A stretch of DNA of 64,000 nucleotides, from the NCBI GenBank assembly GCA_001782825.1, contig MFPS01000009.1, positions 31,770 through 95,769 of the forward strand, written 5' to 3'. Made by a program: the position numbers and the translations under genes. Positions 28,178 to 37,978 of the stretch are shown piece after piece. Numbering within the stretch: position 1 is the first letter of the stretch; each line of letters starts with the position of its first letter. The DNA is from Candidatus Magasanikbacteria bacterium RIFCSPHIGHO2_01_FULL_33_34 (lineage in GTDB: Bacteria; Patescibacteriota; Patescibacteriia; Magasanikbacterales; UBA922). The notes beneath the pieces are model-generated. The model was given only the letters and a program-made list of their open reading frames with translations. It was not told where the DNA came from and ran no database searches.

Positions 28178-29011
28178 TTAAAGAATCTCAAATAAAATAT
28201 TTATATTTAATGTAACATCAGTCGAACCTGATTCAATTGAAGGTGATTCAGCACCACCAACCCCATAATCCATAGCTTTCATTGCATACATTGGACTAGG
28301 CAATCCACTTCCTGAATATTCATCATATGAAATGATACCAACAAATTTAACACCCAAAGATTGACGTAATGCTTTTGCTTTCTCTCCGATTTTTTTCATA
28401 GCATCTTCTCTAGCTTCATTCAAATATACATCCATATCATCAATTGTAAACTGTAGTCCACCGACATTATTCGCACCTACAACACCCGCAAGTGAAATCA
28501 CATCATCAACTTTATCAAGATCACGTATTTTTACTGATACATTTTGTGAAACTGTATAACCCTTCAATACACTACCTCTATCTTCTAGATAATCATATTG
28601 CGGATAAATACTATAGTTACTAGTTTGGATATCTTTTTCTTCAATTTCCAATTGTTTTAATCTAGAAATCAAATCATTCATTACTTTTGTATTCTTAGCC
28701 TGAGCTTCTTCTACTGTCTCTGCGTCCGAAGTCATACCCATAGAAGTAACCGCAATATCTGGTTTGGCGACTACTTTGCCAACTGCTTGAAGAGAAATTG
28801 TTCTTTCTTGCTTGTCTGCGCGACCAATATAATAGAACTCCTTTAGATTATTTCTAATCATCGTTGCAAGCAAAACCAAAAAATAAACTAAAAGTAAAAT
28901 TAAAAAAGTATAAAGAAACTTCTTATAAACACCATTACCAGACCAAGCATTCTTTTCACAGCATTCATTAGTGTTTTCACTTATTTTATCCATTGTTTTT
29001 TTGACAGACAT
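28178..29011 (-). CDS. SIMPL/DUF541 (YggE-like 26-kDa periplasmic) domain protein, membrane-anchored
   Basis: N-terminal TM, then ISLQAVGKVVAKPDIA...YTVSQNVSVKIRDLDKV...GVVGAN pattern typical of SIMPL/DUF541. Confidence 0.6.
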   Translation of the reverse strand: MSVKKTMDKISENTNECCEKNAWSGNGVYKKFLYTFLILLLVYFLVLLATMIRNNLKEFYYIGRADKQERTISLQAVGKVVAKPDIAVTSMGMTSDAETVEEAQAKNTKVMNDLISRLKQLEIEEKDIQTSNYSIYPQYDYLEDRGSVLKGYTVSQNVSVKIRDLDKVDDVISLAGVVGANNVGGLQFTIDDMDVYLNEAREDAMKKIGEKAKALRQSLGVKFVGIISYDEYSGSGLPSPMYAMKAMDYGVGGAESPSIESGSTDVTLNINILFEIL

Positions 29012-29047
29012 ATATTTTATATTTAAAAATATTTTTTATTAACAAAA

Positions 29048-30244
29048 TTATTTAAGTGCCTCAATACCAGGCAACTTCCGACCAGACAAAAATTCCAGCA
29101 TTGCGCCACCTCCAGTCGATATCAAATCTACAAACTCACCCATTTCTATTTCTTTCATTGCTTGTAATGTTTCACCACCACCAATTACACCATAAGCCCG
29201 TCCTTTTGAACGAGACGCAACCAATCTGGCAATAGACAAAGTACCTATATTATACGGTTTTTGTTCAAAATATCCAACTGCCCCATTCCACACAATCGTT
29301 TGAGATTTTTTTATGTATGATGAAAACAGACAAATACTCTCTGGTCCAATATCATAAATAGCTTCATGCCCTGTACAAATATTATGTGGTTTCTTGCCCA
29401 ATCGTACAATTCTAAAATTTCTTCCTTTGTTATCACCTACAACTAAATCCACTGGTAAAATCATTTTTCTTTTTTTCCCCATTTTTTTCATTATTTTGTC
29501 ACAAGACCCATCCACTTTAGACATTCCTACTCCATATTTTCTACATTTCAAATATGAATTCAAAATACCTCCACCAATCAATATATTACTAACCTTTGGT
29601 AATAAATTTAACATTACTGGCACCTTTGTACTTACTTTTATTCCACCCATAATTGCAATAAATGGTTTTTTTGGTTTTTTTAATATTTTTTTTAGACCAT
29701 TTATTTCTTCTTCTAAAAGTAAACCAGCATAACTAGGCAAATATTTGGCCACACCAGTCACAGATGCTGAAGCCCTATGAGCTACTGCAAAACCATCCAA
29801 AACAAAAGCATCAGCAAGACTAGCCAAATCTTTTGCCAGAGTACCAGTATTTTTACTCTCATACGGAGAAAATCTAATATTATCAAACATTACCACCTGC
29901 CCCAATTCCATCTGATCAATACTATCTCTCAATTTATGCAAAGCTTCATTATTAAATTTAAAATTCTTTGTTTCAATTTTTTTAACTTGTTTTTTCAAAA
30001 GATTACTCAAACACTCCGCCACACTATCTAACTTTAATTCCGGAACAACCTCTCCATCTGGTCTGCCCAAATGAGCAATCAAAATAACTTTGGCACCAGC
30101 ATCAGACAAATATTTGATTGTCGGTAGTGAAGCTACTATCCGAGAATCATCAATTACTGATTTATTTTTAATAGGAACATTAAAATCCACTCTGACAAGT
30201 ATTTTCATCCCTTTTAAATTTTTTATGGATTTTATTGTTTGCAT
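29048..30244 (-). CDS. pgk: Phosphoglycerate kinase
   Basis: KILVRVDFNVP N-terminal motif and GGGA/GGGE hinge. Start chosen at MQTIKSIKNLKGMKILVRVDFNVP. Confidence 0.9.
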   Translation of the reverse strand: MQTIKSIKNLKGMKILVRVDFNVPIKNKSVIDDSRIVASLPTIKYLSDAGAKVILIAHLGRPDGEVVPELKLDSVAECLSNLLKKQVKKIETKNFKFNNEALHKLRDSIDQMELGQVVMFDNIRFSPYESKNTGTLAKDLASLADAFVLDGFAVAHRASASVTGVAKYLPSYAGLLLEEEINGLKKILKKPKKPFIAIMGGIKVSTKVPVMLNLLPKVSNILIGGGILNSYLKCRKYGVGMSKVDGSCDKIMKKMGKKRKMILPVDLVVGDNKGRNFRIVRLGKKPHNICTGHEAIYDIGPESICLFSSYIKKSQTIVWNGAVGYFEQKPYNIGTLSIARLVASRSKGRAYGVIGGGETLQAMKEIEMGEFVDLISTGGGAMLEFLSGRKLPGIEALK

Positions 30245-30267
30245 AAAAATAAAAGACGGTTCCAATT

Positions 30268-31263
30268 TTATTTCACTATCTTCACTGCCATCTCAACCAA
30301 ACGATTGGCATAACCCCATTCATTGTCATACCATGCGATTACCTTTACCAAATTTCCATCAAGCACTTTGGTCAAAGTCAAATCTACAATGGCTGAATGT
30401 TGATCACCTACAAAATCACTAGAAACCAATGGTTCATCTGTTGTAGACAATATTCCTTTCAAATAAGTTTTCTCGGCTCGTTTGAAAGCATTGTTTATAC
30501 TTTCAACAGTAGCCTTATCTTTCAAAAGAAATACAAAATCAGTCAATGAAACAGTAATTGTCGGCACACGAATTGCCATACCATCAAACTTGTCAACTAA
30601 CTCTGGTATAACCCTAGTCACAGCTAAGGCTGCGCCCGTTGAAGTCGGAACAATATTTTGTGCAGCTGCTCGTGCTCTGCGCAAATCTTTGTGTGGGCCA
30701 TCTTGTAAATTCTGATCAGCCGTATATGAATGCACAGTTGTCAAAAAACCTTTTTCAATACCAAATTTTCTATTGATTATGTCCACTACAGGCCCAGCAC
30801 AATTGGTAGTACAAGATGCAATGTCAATTATATTTTGGTTATTATAACTATCACTATTTACTCCACAAACAAAACCTTGCACACCATCGCCTTTGGATGG
30901 AGCCGAAATAATAACTTTTTTTGCTCCGGCTTTTAAATGCATTCCCGCTTTTTCTTTGGTTCTAAAAGCTCCAGTGCATTCCAATACCACATCAACACCC
31001 AGCTCTTTCCAAGGAAGTTTAGCTGGTTCTTTTGTTGCATATACTTTTATTTTCTTTCCATTTACTATCAGATGATTACTGTCCGAAGTCACTTTTTTGG
31101 TATATCTTGAATATGCCGTATCATATTTGAGTAAATGCGCAATAGTTTTGGTATCCGTCAAATCATTAATTGCAACAATTTCAATATTTTTATTATTAAC
31201 AGCAACTTTAAAAGCATGTCTACCAATCCTCCCAAACCCATTTATTGCTAACTTAATTTTTGA
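30268..31263 (-). CDS. gap: Glyceraldehyde-3-phosphate dehydrogenase (type I)
   Basis: KLAINGFGRIGR Rossmann N-terminus and active-site SCTTNC. Start chosen at MSKIKLAING. Confidence 0.92.
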   Translation of the reverse strand, partial: SKIKLAINGFGRIGRHAFKVAVNNKNIEIVAINDLTDTKTIAHLLKYDTAYSRYTKKVTSDSNHLIVNGKKIKVYATKEPAKLPWKELGVDVVLECTGAFRTKEKAGMHLKAGAKKVIISAPSKGDGVQGFVCGVNSDSYNNQNIIDIASCTTNCAGPVVDIINRKFGIEKGFLTTVHSYTADQNLQDGPHKDLRRARAAAQNIVPTSTGAALAVTRVIPELVDKFDGMAIRVPTITVSLTDFVFLLKDKATVESINNAFKRAEKTYLKGILSTTDEPLVSSDFVGDQHSAIVDLTLTKVLDGNLVKVIAWYDNEWGYANRLVEMAVKIVK

Positions 31264-31374
31264 CATAATAATTTTTAATATATATGTAAATTTACTATCT
31301 TTGCAGACAGTATTTATCATAATTATTTTACCACAACTAATCTAAATACAAAAGCCCTGCATATTAACAAAATT

Positions 31375-32082
31375 TCAACCTTCCAAATGTTTCATCCTAT
31401 CTCTCACTTGTTTTATTGCTATAGCAATTGCCGTAAACAAAAATAAAAATATTATGCCTAGCGGTACCAAAAGATAAACTAATGTTTGCCCAAAAAACTT
31501 CTTTAAAATAAATAAACCAAAAAAATCTTCTTTAGGTCTTTGTAAAATTTTACTATTTCTAAGTATTGCTTTAGTATCAAATATTTTTTCATCACCCACT
31601 ATCAAAACGAATTTTTCTGTATTTTCTTTGCCATATACTTCTATTGTATAATCACCCGCAATCATATTTACACCTTCCGTATCCAAATCATTTGAATTTT
31701 GGGAAGCTAATTCTGGACCCCAAAGATAATTTTTGCCACCCAATTTTTTATAAAACTTTCGCCACTTCGACTCTATTCCATCCAAAAAAACAATCTCTTC
31801 TCTTTCACCTTCTTTATTTTGAAAATATATTTTGGCAAATATATTTTTATCTGGCTCTTTTATATCTGGGACCAACAAACCAATATACAAATTAAAATCT
31901 TCTTCCATTGCAATCTGGAAAGTACTAGTAACTCCATTAAGATTTCCATAAAAAGCCTGCGCAATCATTGGATCTTCAATAATAGTAAAATCACTACTTA
32001 TTACTTCAAACTGATGCGCTGATACGCCTAAAGGGAAAAACAAAAAAGAAAAAAATATAATTGTTTTCAATTTTAATAACAT
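31375..32082 (-). CDS. Hypothetical exported protein with signal peptide and C-terminal TM anchor
   Basis: N-terminal hydrophobic leader ending ...GVSA and C-terminal hydrophobic stretch LVYLLVPLGIIFLFLFTAIAIAI. No recognized family. Confidence 0.5.
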   Translation of the reverse strand: MLLKLKTIIFFSFLFFPLGVSAHQFEVISSDFTIIEDPMIAQAFYGNLNGVTSTFQIAMEEDFNLYIGLLVPDIKEPDKNIFAKIYFQNKEGEREEIVFLDGIESKWRKFYKKLGGKNYLWGPELASQNSNDLDTEGVNMIAGDYTIEVYGKENTEKFVLIVGDEKIFDTKAILRNSKILQRPKEDFFGLFILKKFFGQTLVYLLVPLGIIFLFLFTAIAIAIKQVRDRMKHLEG

Positions 32083-32141
32083 ATCATAATTATATCACAA
32101 AAATAAAAAAACTGCTCTCTCGAGCAATTTTTTTAATTTTA

Positions 32142-33365
32142 CTATATTGTGAAATTACCCTCTTTCTTTGTTTTATTATCTGCTGGATCTTTTGATTCAA
32201 CTTGGAAATAATATGTTCCTGACACTAAACCACTTAATTCAACTGTGTGGGTAAATGTTCCATTATTATTCTCTACAGTAACTGCGTCTACAGAAAATTC
32301 ATAAGTTGATGTAACAACAGTAGATGTAGGTGTATTATAATTTAATTCACTAGTTGCAGATTCATCTGTTGACCAAGTTATAGTTGCGCTTGTAGAAGTC
32401 ACAGTTACATTAAGACCGGATATAACTGGAGCAGTTGTGTCTGTAGTGGTACCATTGTCATCTGATTTACATTCACCCTCATTATCTCCATGAGACAAAT
32501 GAGCATTTAAAGCTGACCTAGAAACACTGATTGTGTGCTTATTACTGATATTTCCTGGTGGAATATGACATACCCTAACCTTACTGTTATCTACCTCATT
32601 CTCATCAAGAACCTCTAATTCATCTTCGTCTTCTTCATTGACTACTTCGTCATCACTACCACCATCTCTATGTTTTTGATGTGGCTTCAAAAATGCTCTT
32701 GTTGCTTTTACAGCCCCACTTCTTAAATGAAGCTTTGCAAAAACACCCCAATTAACAACCCGAACATCATCCTCATCAACCTCAGATGTATCTTCTAATT
32801 TCTTTAATACTCCATTTTCTACATAAAAAATGCCTTCCATACGTGGGGTTTGTAAAAACATTCCATCATGAGGTCTTGAATCCTTTATTTCTTGACCTCT
32901 GTTTTTGAAATTTGGCCAAAATGCATCAGAAACATCACGCACAAGTTTTGCCCAATTTGGTCCATAAAGTTCACGAGCAACTTGTTCACTACCAATTTTT
33001 CTTAATCTATTTCCTGGTTCAATTACATATACTGATGGCGATATTTTGACTTTTACCAATCTTGAACCTGGACGATAGTTAACTCCAAATGGAGGATCCA
33101 ATGGGGCTGGATAGGCGTCTACACAAGTTTCTGGTATTTCTACAACAGATGAATAATCATCATACCAACTTTTAAATACATCCGCATGTGGAAAATACAA
33201 TCGCTTGAGATTGTCATCCAATAAATACACCGCACTATGTCCTGTCACCTTAAAAATATCACCAGCTACAAGAGTAGGACAATCTGACTCTTGAGCATGG
33301 ACTGGAACAGCAAATACCATTCCGATTGCTAAAGCAAATAAAGCAAATAGATTTATTTTCTTCAT
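32142..33365 (-). CDS. Secreted protein with C-terminal fibronectin-type-III-like domain
   Basis: Signal peptide MKKINLFALFALAIGMVFAVPVHA. C-terminal TITWSTDESATSELNY...TYYFQVESKD Fn3/PAP-N-like pattern. Acidic linker. Confidence 0.55.
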   Translation of the reverse strand: MKKINLFALFALAIGMVFAVPVHAQESDCPTLVAGDIFKVTGHSAVYLLDDNLKRLYFPHADVFKSWYDDYSSVVEIPETCVDAYPAPLDPPFGVNYRPGSRLVKVKISPSVYVIEPGNRLRKIGSEQVARELYGPNWAKLVRDVSDAFWPNFKNRGQEIKDSRPHDGMFLQTPRMEGIFYVENGVLKKLEDTSEVDEDDVRVVNWGVFAKLHLRSGAVKATRAFLKPHQKHRDGGSDDEVVNEEDEDELEVLDENEVDNSKVRVCHIPPGNISNKHTISVSRSALNAHLSHGDNEGECKSDDNGTTTDTTAPVISGLNVTVTSTSATITWSTDESATSELNYNTPTSTVVTSTYEFSVDAVTVENNNGTFTHTVELSGLVSGTYYFQVESKDPADNKTKKEGNFTI

Positions 33366-33444
33366 ATTATATTAAATTATATTAAATTAATTATTTTTTT
33401 ATTATACATTATCTAAAAAATTCTTTCAAATAAACAAAGTAGAT

Positions 33445-33819
33445 TTAGAATTTAGTATATTTGATTGCCCTGCCTTTTGCTTTTTCTATAGGATATTTTA
33501 ATTTTGCTTTTGCAATTTTATTTTTTGTCAAAGTTGCCACATCTAATCCTGCAATATTTGCAAAAGCAAGACAAAGATTAATCACATCAGCCAATTCATC
33601 AGACACTTCTTCTCTAAATTCTAAATCATTCTCCATCTGCTTAGTAAAATCTTCTGACTTATGCCACAAAAAAAGTTCCAAAAGTTCACCTGCCTCAACT
33701 GAAATCGCTACTGCTAAATCTTTTACATTGTGAAATTTTTCCCAATCACGCTCATCACGAAACTCCCTCATCAATTCCTTCAATTCAAAAACATTTGTAT
33801 TTTTATCATTAATCATAAT
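33445..33819 (-). CDS. MazG-like nucleotide pyrophosphohydrolase (all-alpha NTP-PPase)
   Basis: FRDERDWEKFH...LAVAISVEAGELLELF...EVSDELADVINLCLAFANIAG matches the MazG EExxE/D core. Start chosen at MINDKNT. Confidence 0.7.
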   Translation of the reverse strand: MMINDKNTNVFELKELMREFRDERDWEKFHNVKDLAVAISVEAGELLELFLWHKSEDFTKQMENDLEFREEVSDELADVINLCLAFANIAGLDVATLTKNKIAKAKLKYPIEKAKGRAIKYTKF

Positions 33820-33835
33820 TAAAAATATATTAATC

Positions 33836-34027
33836 TTATAAAATTTCCTGTACACGCCCCACTTGTCCATCTTCCAAACGGACTTTGATACCCCTTGGAT
33901 GAAATTGACTATTGGTTAAAATATCTTGGACCACTCCACGCGTAAGTTCACCTGTTCTTTGATCTTCTTTCAAGACTACCATTACTTCCATACCAATATC
34001 TATATCATTTCTATTTTGTCCATTCAT
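33836..34027 (-). CDS. YwbE/DUF2196 family small protein
   Basis: MNGQNRNDIDIGMEVMVVLKEDQRTGELTRGVVQDILTNSQFHPRGIKVRLEDGQVGRVQEIL is near-collinear with Bacillus YwbE. Confidence 0.75.
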   Translation of the reverse strand: MNGQNRNDIDIGMEVMVVLKEDQRTGELTRGVVQDILTNSQFHPRGIKVRLEDGQVGRVQEIL

Positions 34028-34345
34028 ATTATTTCTTTTAATCTAAATAGTTATTTAAAAGTAAATTTAATATATCACAAATATAACAAAAAATCGCCTA
34101 TCTGGCGAACTGATCTATCCCTAAAATAACATCAGGGTTCTCGTGAGAGAACCCTTTAGTATTAGGAAGTGGTGGTGTTGAGTGGATTTCTATTACTTAT
34201 CTTGTAAGTCTCAGAAATCCACTCGCTACCAACTTAACTTTCTAATAAATATATTATACACCAAATACCATATTCTGTCAATACCTAGATGGGGATAACT
34301 TTAAAATATAGCTAAAATAAGCCAAATATAATACAATATATTAAA

Positions 34346-34371
34346 AAATTCCCTTTCGGGAATTTTTTATT
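34346..34371. terminator. Bidirectional rho-independent terminator (AATTCCC-tttc-GGGAATT flanked by A and T runs), directly after the tsf stop
   Basis: Palindromic hairpin with A-run 5' and T-run 3' on the plus strand. Confidence 0.6.
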
Positions 34372-35018
34372 TATCCTAATTGTTCTTCTACTTCTTCAGC
34401 AAAACTTTGTTTTTTCTTTTCAATACCTTCGCCTAGTTCAAATCTTGCAAATCTCCTGATTGAAATTTTTTCTCCAATTTCACTGGTTTTTTCTACAAGA
34501 ATTTGTTCAATTGTTTTGTCTTCATCCTTGATAAAAGGTTGTTCAAGCAAACAAACTTCACTATAATATTTTTTCATTTTTCCTTCCAAAATCTTTTCAA
34601 TCATATCTGCTGGTTTACCCTCAGCTTCAAGTTGTGTTCTGTGAATACTTTTTTCATTTTCCAACTCTGTCGCTGGCACTTCTTCACGAGAAAGATATTT
34701 AGGTGAAGCTGCGGCAATATGCATAGCAATATCCACAGTCAAAGCTTTAAAAATATCATTTTTGGCCACAAAATCAGTTTCTGAATTTATCTCAACAAGT
34801 ACTCCAATTTTGCCAGCACCATGAATATAACTTACCACCGCACCTTCCGCGGCAATTTTACCAGCTCGCTTTGCAGCTTTAGTTATTCCTTTTTCACGAA
34901 GATAATTTATTGCTTTTTCAAAGTCGCCATTGGTCTCATCAAGCGCATGTTTACAATCAAGCATACCTGCTCCTGTTTGAGCTCGGAGCTTAGCGATGTC
35001 TGAAGCGTTAATAGACAT
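34371..35018 (-). CDS. tsf: Elongation factor Ts (short form)
   Basis: ASDIAKLRAQTGAGMLDCKHAL UBA-like N-terminus, 215 aa. Follows rpsB. Confidence 0.9.
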   Translation of the reverse strand: MSINASDIAKLRAQTGAGMLDCKHALDETNGDFEKAINYLREKGITKAAKRAGKIAAEGAVVSYIHGAGKIGVLVEINSETDFVAKNDIFKALTVDIAMHIAAASPKYLSREEVPATELENEKSIHRTQLEAEGKPADMIEKILEGKMKKYYSEVCLLEQPFIKDEDKTIEQILVEKTSEIGEKISIRRFARFELGEGIEKKKQSFAEEVEEQLG

Positions 35019-35054
35019 AGTAATTATTGTTATAGCCCGAAGGCTTTTATTATA

Positions 35055-35831
35055 TTAAGTCCAATCCAAACCTCTTTTTTGTTTTTCTGGAGGTCTTTCA
35101 GCTTTCTTTAAAGAAACTGGTACTTTAATGGTTGGATTCTTTTTATTATATTCTTCTTTACCTTCTTTGACAGCTTCCGCAATTAGGTTAACCATCATTC
35201 TGATTGAATTTACAGCATCATCATTAGCTGGGATTATATATTCAGCTTTATCTGGATTAGAATTTGTATCACAAATTCCAATGATAGGTACACCTGTTTT
35301 GTTTGCTTCCATTACCGCAGTTTTCTCTCTTTGAAGCGCTGGTACAAATAATACATCTGGCATTTCTTCAAGATGAGCCAATCCTACCAAAGTCTTTTCC
35401 ATCTTTTCAAGATCTTTGAGAATTTTTGAACGCTCTTGTTTTGTATATCGTTCCAATTCTCCATTTTCTTTTTGTTCTTTGATATCATTGTATTTCTTAA
35501 ACAATTTTTTCATCTCATCAAAATTTGTCAACAAACCTCCAACCCATCTTTCTACAAGATATGGTGAATCACAACTAATTGCTGCTTCTTTTACTATTTC
35601 ACGAGCTTGTACTTTTGTAGTGATAAAAAGTACTTCTTTACCTTCGGCTGCAAGAGCGCGAACTGCCTCCAAAGTTTCTTCCAACTTTAACTTTGTTTTT
35701 TCTAAATCAATTACATGAACACCATTGCGTTCTGTAAAAATATACTCTTCCATTTTTGGATGCCAACGTGAAGACTGATGTCCAAAATGAACACCGGCCT
35801 GAAGCATCTCCAAGATACTTGGTATCTTCAT
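35055..35831 (-). CDS. rpsB: 30S ribosomal protein S2
   Basis: LQAGVHFGHQSSRWHPKM N-terminus, 258 aa. Confidence 0.92.
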   Translation of the reverse strand: MKIPSILEMLQAGVHFGHQSSRWHPKMEEYIFTERNGVHVIDLEKTKLKLEETLEAVRALAAEGKEVLFITTKVQAREIVKEAAISCDSPYLVERWVGGLLTNFDEMKKLFKKYNDIKEQKENGELERYTKQERSKILKDLEKMEKTLVGLAHLEEMPDVLFVPALQREKTAVMEANKTGVPIIGICDTNSNPDKAEYIIPANDDAVNSIRMMVNLIAEAVKEGKEEYNKKNPTIKVPVSLKKAERPPEKQKRGLDWT

Positions 35832-36006
35832 AAATATTTTCCTTTAACCTCTAATCTGTCTACCCCAGTTGGGCTGGAGAGGAAAAAATGCAGAATATGA
35901 GGGATTAATAATGTTTGATTGGGATTAATGTAGCCCATTCAAGTTGAGAACACTATACTATATATAGATATTTTTGTCAATAACCTTACCACAAATAAAA
36001 ACCTAT

Positions 36007-37053
36007 TTAAAAACCAACCCTACTTGAATCACTAACAATATCATTATTTAATATAGTTTCCATCAAAACTGCACAAACTTGATAAGGATCCATATTTGCA
36101 GCTGGACGACGATCTTCTAGATAACCACAACCTTCTTTAGAAGTTGCCAAAGGAATACGTATAGAAGCCCCACGATCACTCACTCCATAACGAAACTCAT
36201 CAATACTACAAGTTTCATGTAAACCTGTGAGTCTATTATGATTACCATAACCATAAACCTCAATATGTTTTTTATGATTTTGACGCAAGTTCATACAAGC
36301 TTGTTCAATTGCTTTTATACCACCAGGATCGCGCATTGTTTTAGTAGAAAAATTCGTATGAGCGCCAGCCCCATTCCAATCACCTTTCACTGGTTTAGGA
36401 TCCAGAGTAGCTGAAACACCATAATTTTCTGCAACCCTATACAAAAGCCAACGTGAAAGCCATAGTTGATCTGCAACAGCCAAAGGACCCAATGGTCCCA
36501 CTTGAAATTCCCATTGACCTGGCATTACCTCAGCATTAATCCCAGAAATACTTATACCAGCTTCCAGACATACACTCATATGTTCCTCAACAATTTGCCT
36601 ACCAAATACCTCGTCTGATCCAACCCCACAATAATATCCGCCTTGAGGAGCAGGAAATCCATTGTCTGGCCAACCCAGTGGTCTTGAACCTTTGAAAAAG
36701 GTATACTCTTGTTCTATACCAAACCAAGCTTCATGATTTTCATATTTCCTTGCAATTTCACGCAATCTGGCTCTATGATTACTTTTATGAACATTACCAT
36801 TAGCTTCAAACACTTCACACATTACCAAAATATGTGGATTGCCTCGCACAACATCAGCAACAAAATATACTGGCTTTAAAACACAATCACTACTATGGCC
36901 TTCTGCCTGTTGTGTACTGGAACCATCAAACCCCCACTCTGGTATATCACTCACTTGAGATACAACATGATCCAAAATTTTCGTTTTGGATCTCAATTTT
37001 GCGACAGGCTTACTACCATCTATCCAAATATATTCCGCTTTTATTTTTTGCAT
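36007..37053 (-). CDS. Glutamine synthetase, type II-like (short, about 350-aa form)
   Basis: AEYIWIDG N-terminal motif. Catalytic-domain blocks GIEQEYTF, GYYCGVG, NAEVMPGQWEFQVGP, GAHTNFS and RIP. Confidence 0.8.
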   Translation of the reverse strand: MQKIKAEYIWIDGSKPVAKLRSKTKILDHVVSQVSDIPEWGFDGSSTQQAEGHSSDCVLKPVYFVADVVRGNPHILVMCEVFEANGNVHKSNHRARLREIARKYENHEAWFGIEQEYTFFKGSRPLGWPDNGFPAPQGGYYCGVGSDEVFGRQIVEEHMSVCLEAGISISGINAEVMPGQWEFQVGPLGPLAVADQLWLSRWLLYRVAENYGVSATLDPKPVKGDWNGAGAHTNFSTKTMRDPGGIKAIEQACMNLRQNHKKHIEVYGYGNHNRLTGLHETCSIDEFRYGVSDRGASIRIPLATSKEGCGYLEDRRPAANMDPYQVCAVLMETILNNDIVSDSSRVGF

Positions 37054-37253
37054 AATTTAAAAAATTAAAATAATTATAATGTATTATTTTAACTAATATA
37101 TTATATAAAAGCAAATAAAAATAAATAATTAAAATTAATGCGATCGTATATAAAAATATAAACAATACTATTGTATCTTACAACTAATATTAATCTATAA
37201 TATGTTGACATTATGAAAAATATGTTATAATAAACCAAAACTAATTTATTCTT

Positions 37254-37970
37254 ATGAATATATTAAAACCACAACAAAAATGGTATCAATCAACTGGCGG
37301 AGCAATATTTTTGGGTATTATAATTTTTTTTCTTGTAGCTGGAATATTATTTATGGGTCTAGTTGGCTACTTTTTATACAATATAAAATACGGTGATACA
37401 AATACTTTATTCAATAAATATGGAAATAATAATCAAATAGAAAAAAAATCTATAAATACTGAAAATTTTATACACGACCATAATCCTATATTTGGTCCGT
37501 CAACTGCACTGGTCACTATATTTGCTTTTGAAGATTTTGAATGTCCATTTTGTAGACAAAGCTTTCCAATCATGAAAAAAATAAAAGAAAAATATGGACC
37601 AGCCATCAGAATTATTTTTAAACACACACCAATAGTCGGGATACATCCAGATTCACTATTAGCCCATATTGCCTCAACTTGCGCGCAAGATCAAAACAAA
37701 TTTTGGGAATATTATGATTTATTATATACCTATCAAAAACTTGACAAAGACTCACTTTTGAGTTATGCTGAATCACTAGCAATTAACAACTCAAAATTCC
37801 AGCAATGTCTAGAAACTAATACCAATTTAAATAATATTGAAACAGATCTCAAAGATGCTGCCCAAATCGGCTTACAAGGGACACCAACATATTTGGTAAA
37901 TGGCAAGCAAATTCAAGGAGTACTTTCTGAAGATGATTGGTCAAATCTAATATTGCAAGAACTTAAATAA
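37254..37970 (+). CDS. DsbA-like thioredoxin-fold thiol:disulfide oxidoreductase, N-terminal membrane anchor
   Basis: CPFC active site within the FAFEDFECPFCRQSFPIMKKI thioredoxin motif. TM helix at the N-terminus. Confidence 0.75.
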   Translation: MNILKPQQKWYQSTGGAIFLGIIIFFLVAGILFMGLVGYFLYNIKYGDTNTLFNKYGNNNQIEKKSINTENFIHDHNPIFGPSTALVTIFAFEDFECPFCRQSFPIMKKIKEKYGPAIRIIFKHTPIVGIHPDSLLAHIASTCAQDQNKFWEYYDLLYTYQKLDKDSLLSYAESLAINNSKFQQCLETNTNLNNIETDLKDAAQIGLQGTPTYLVNGKQIQGVLSEDDWSNLILQELK

Positions 37971-37978
37971 CTTAAGTT

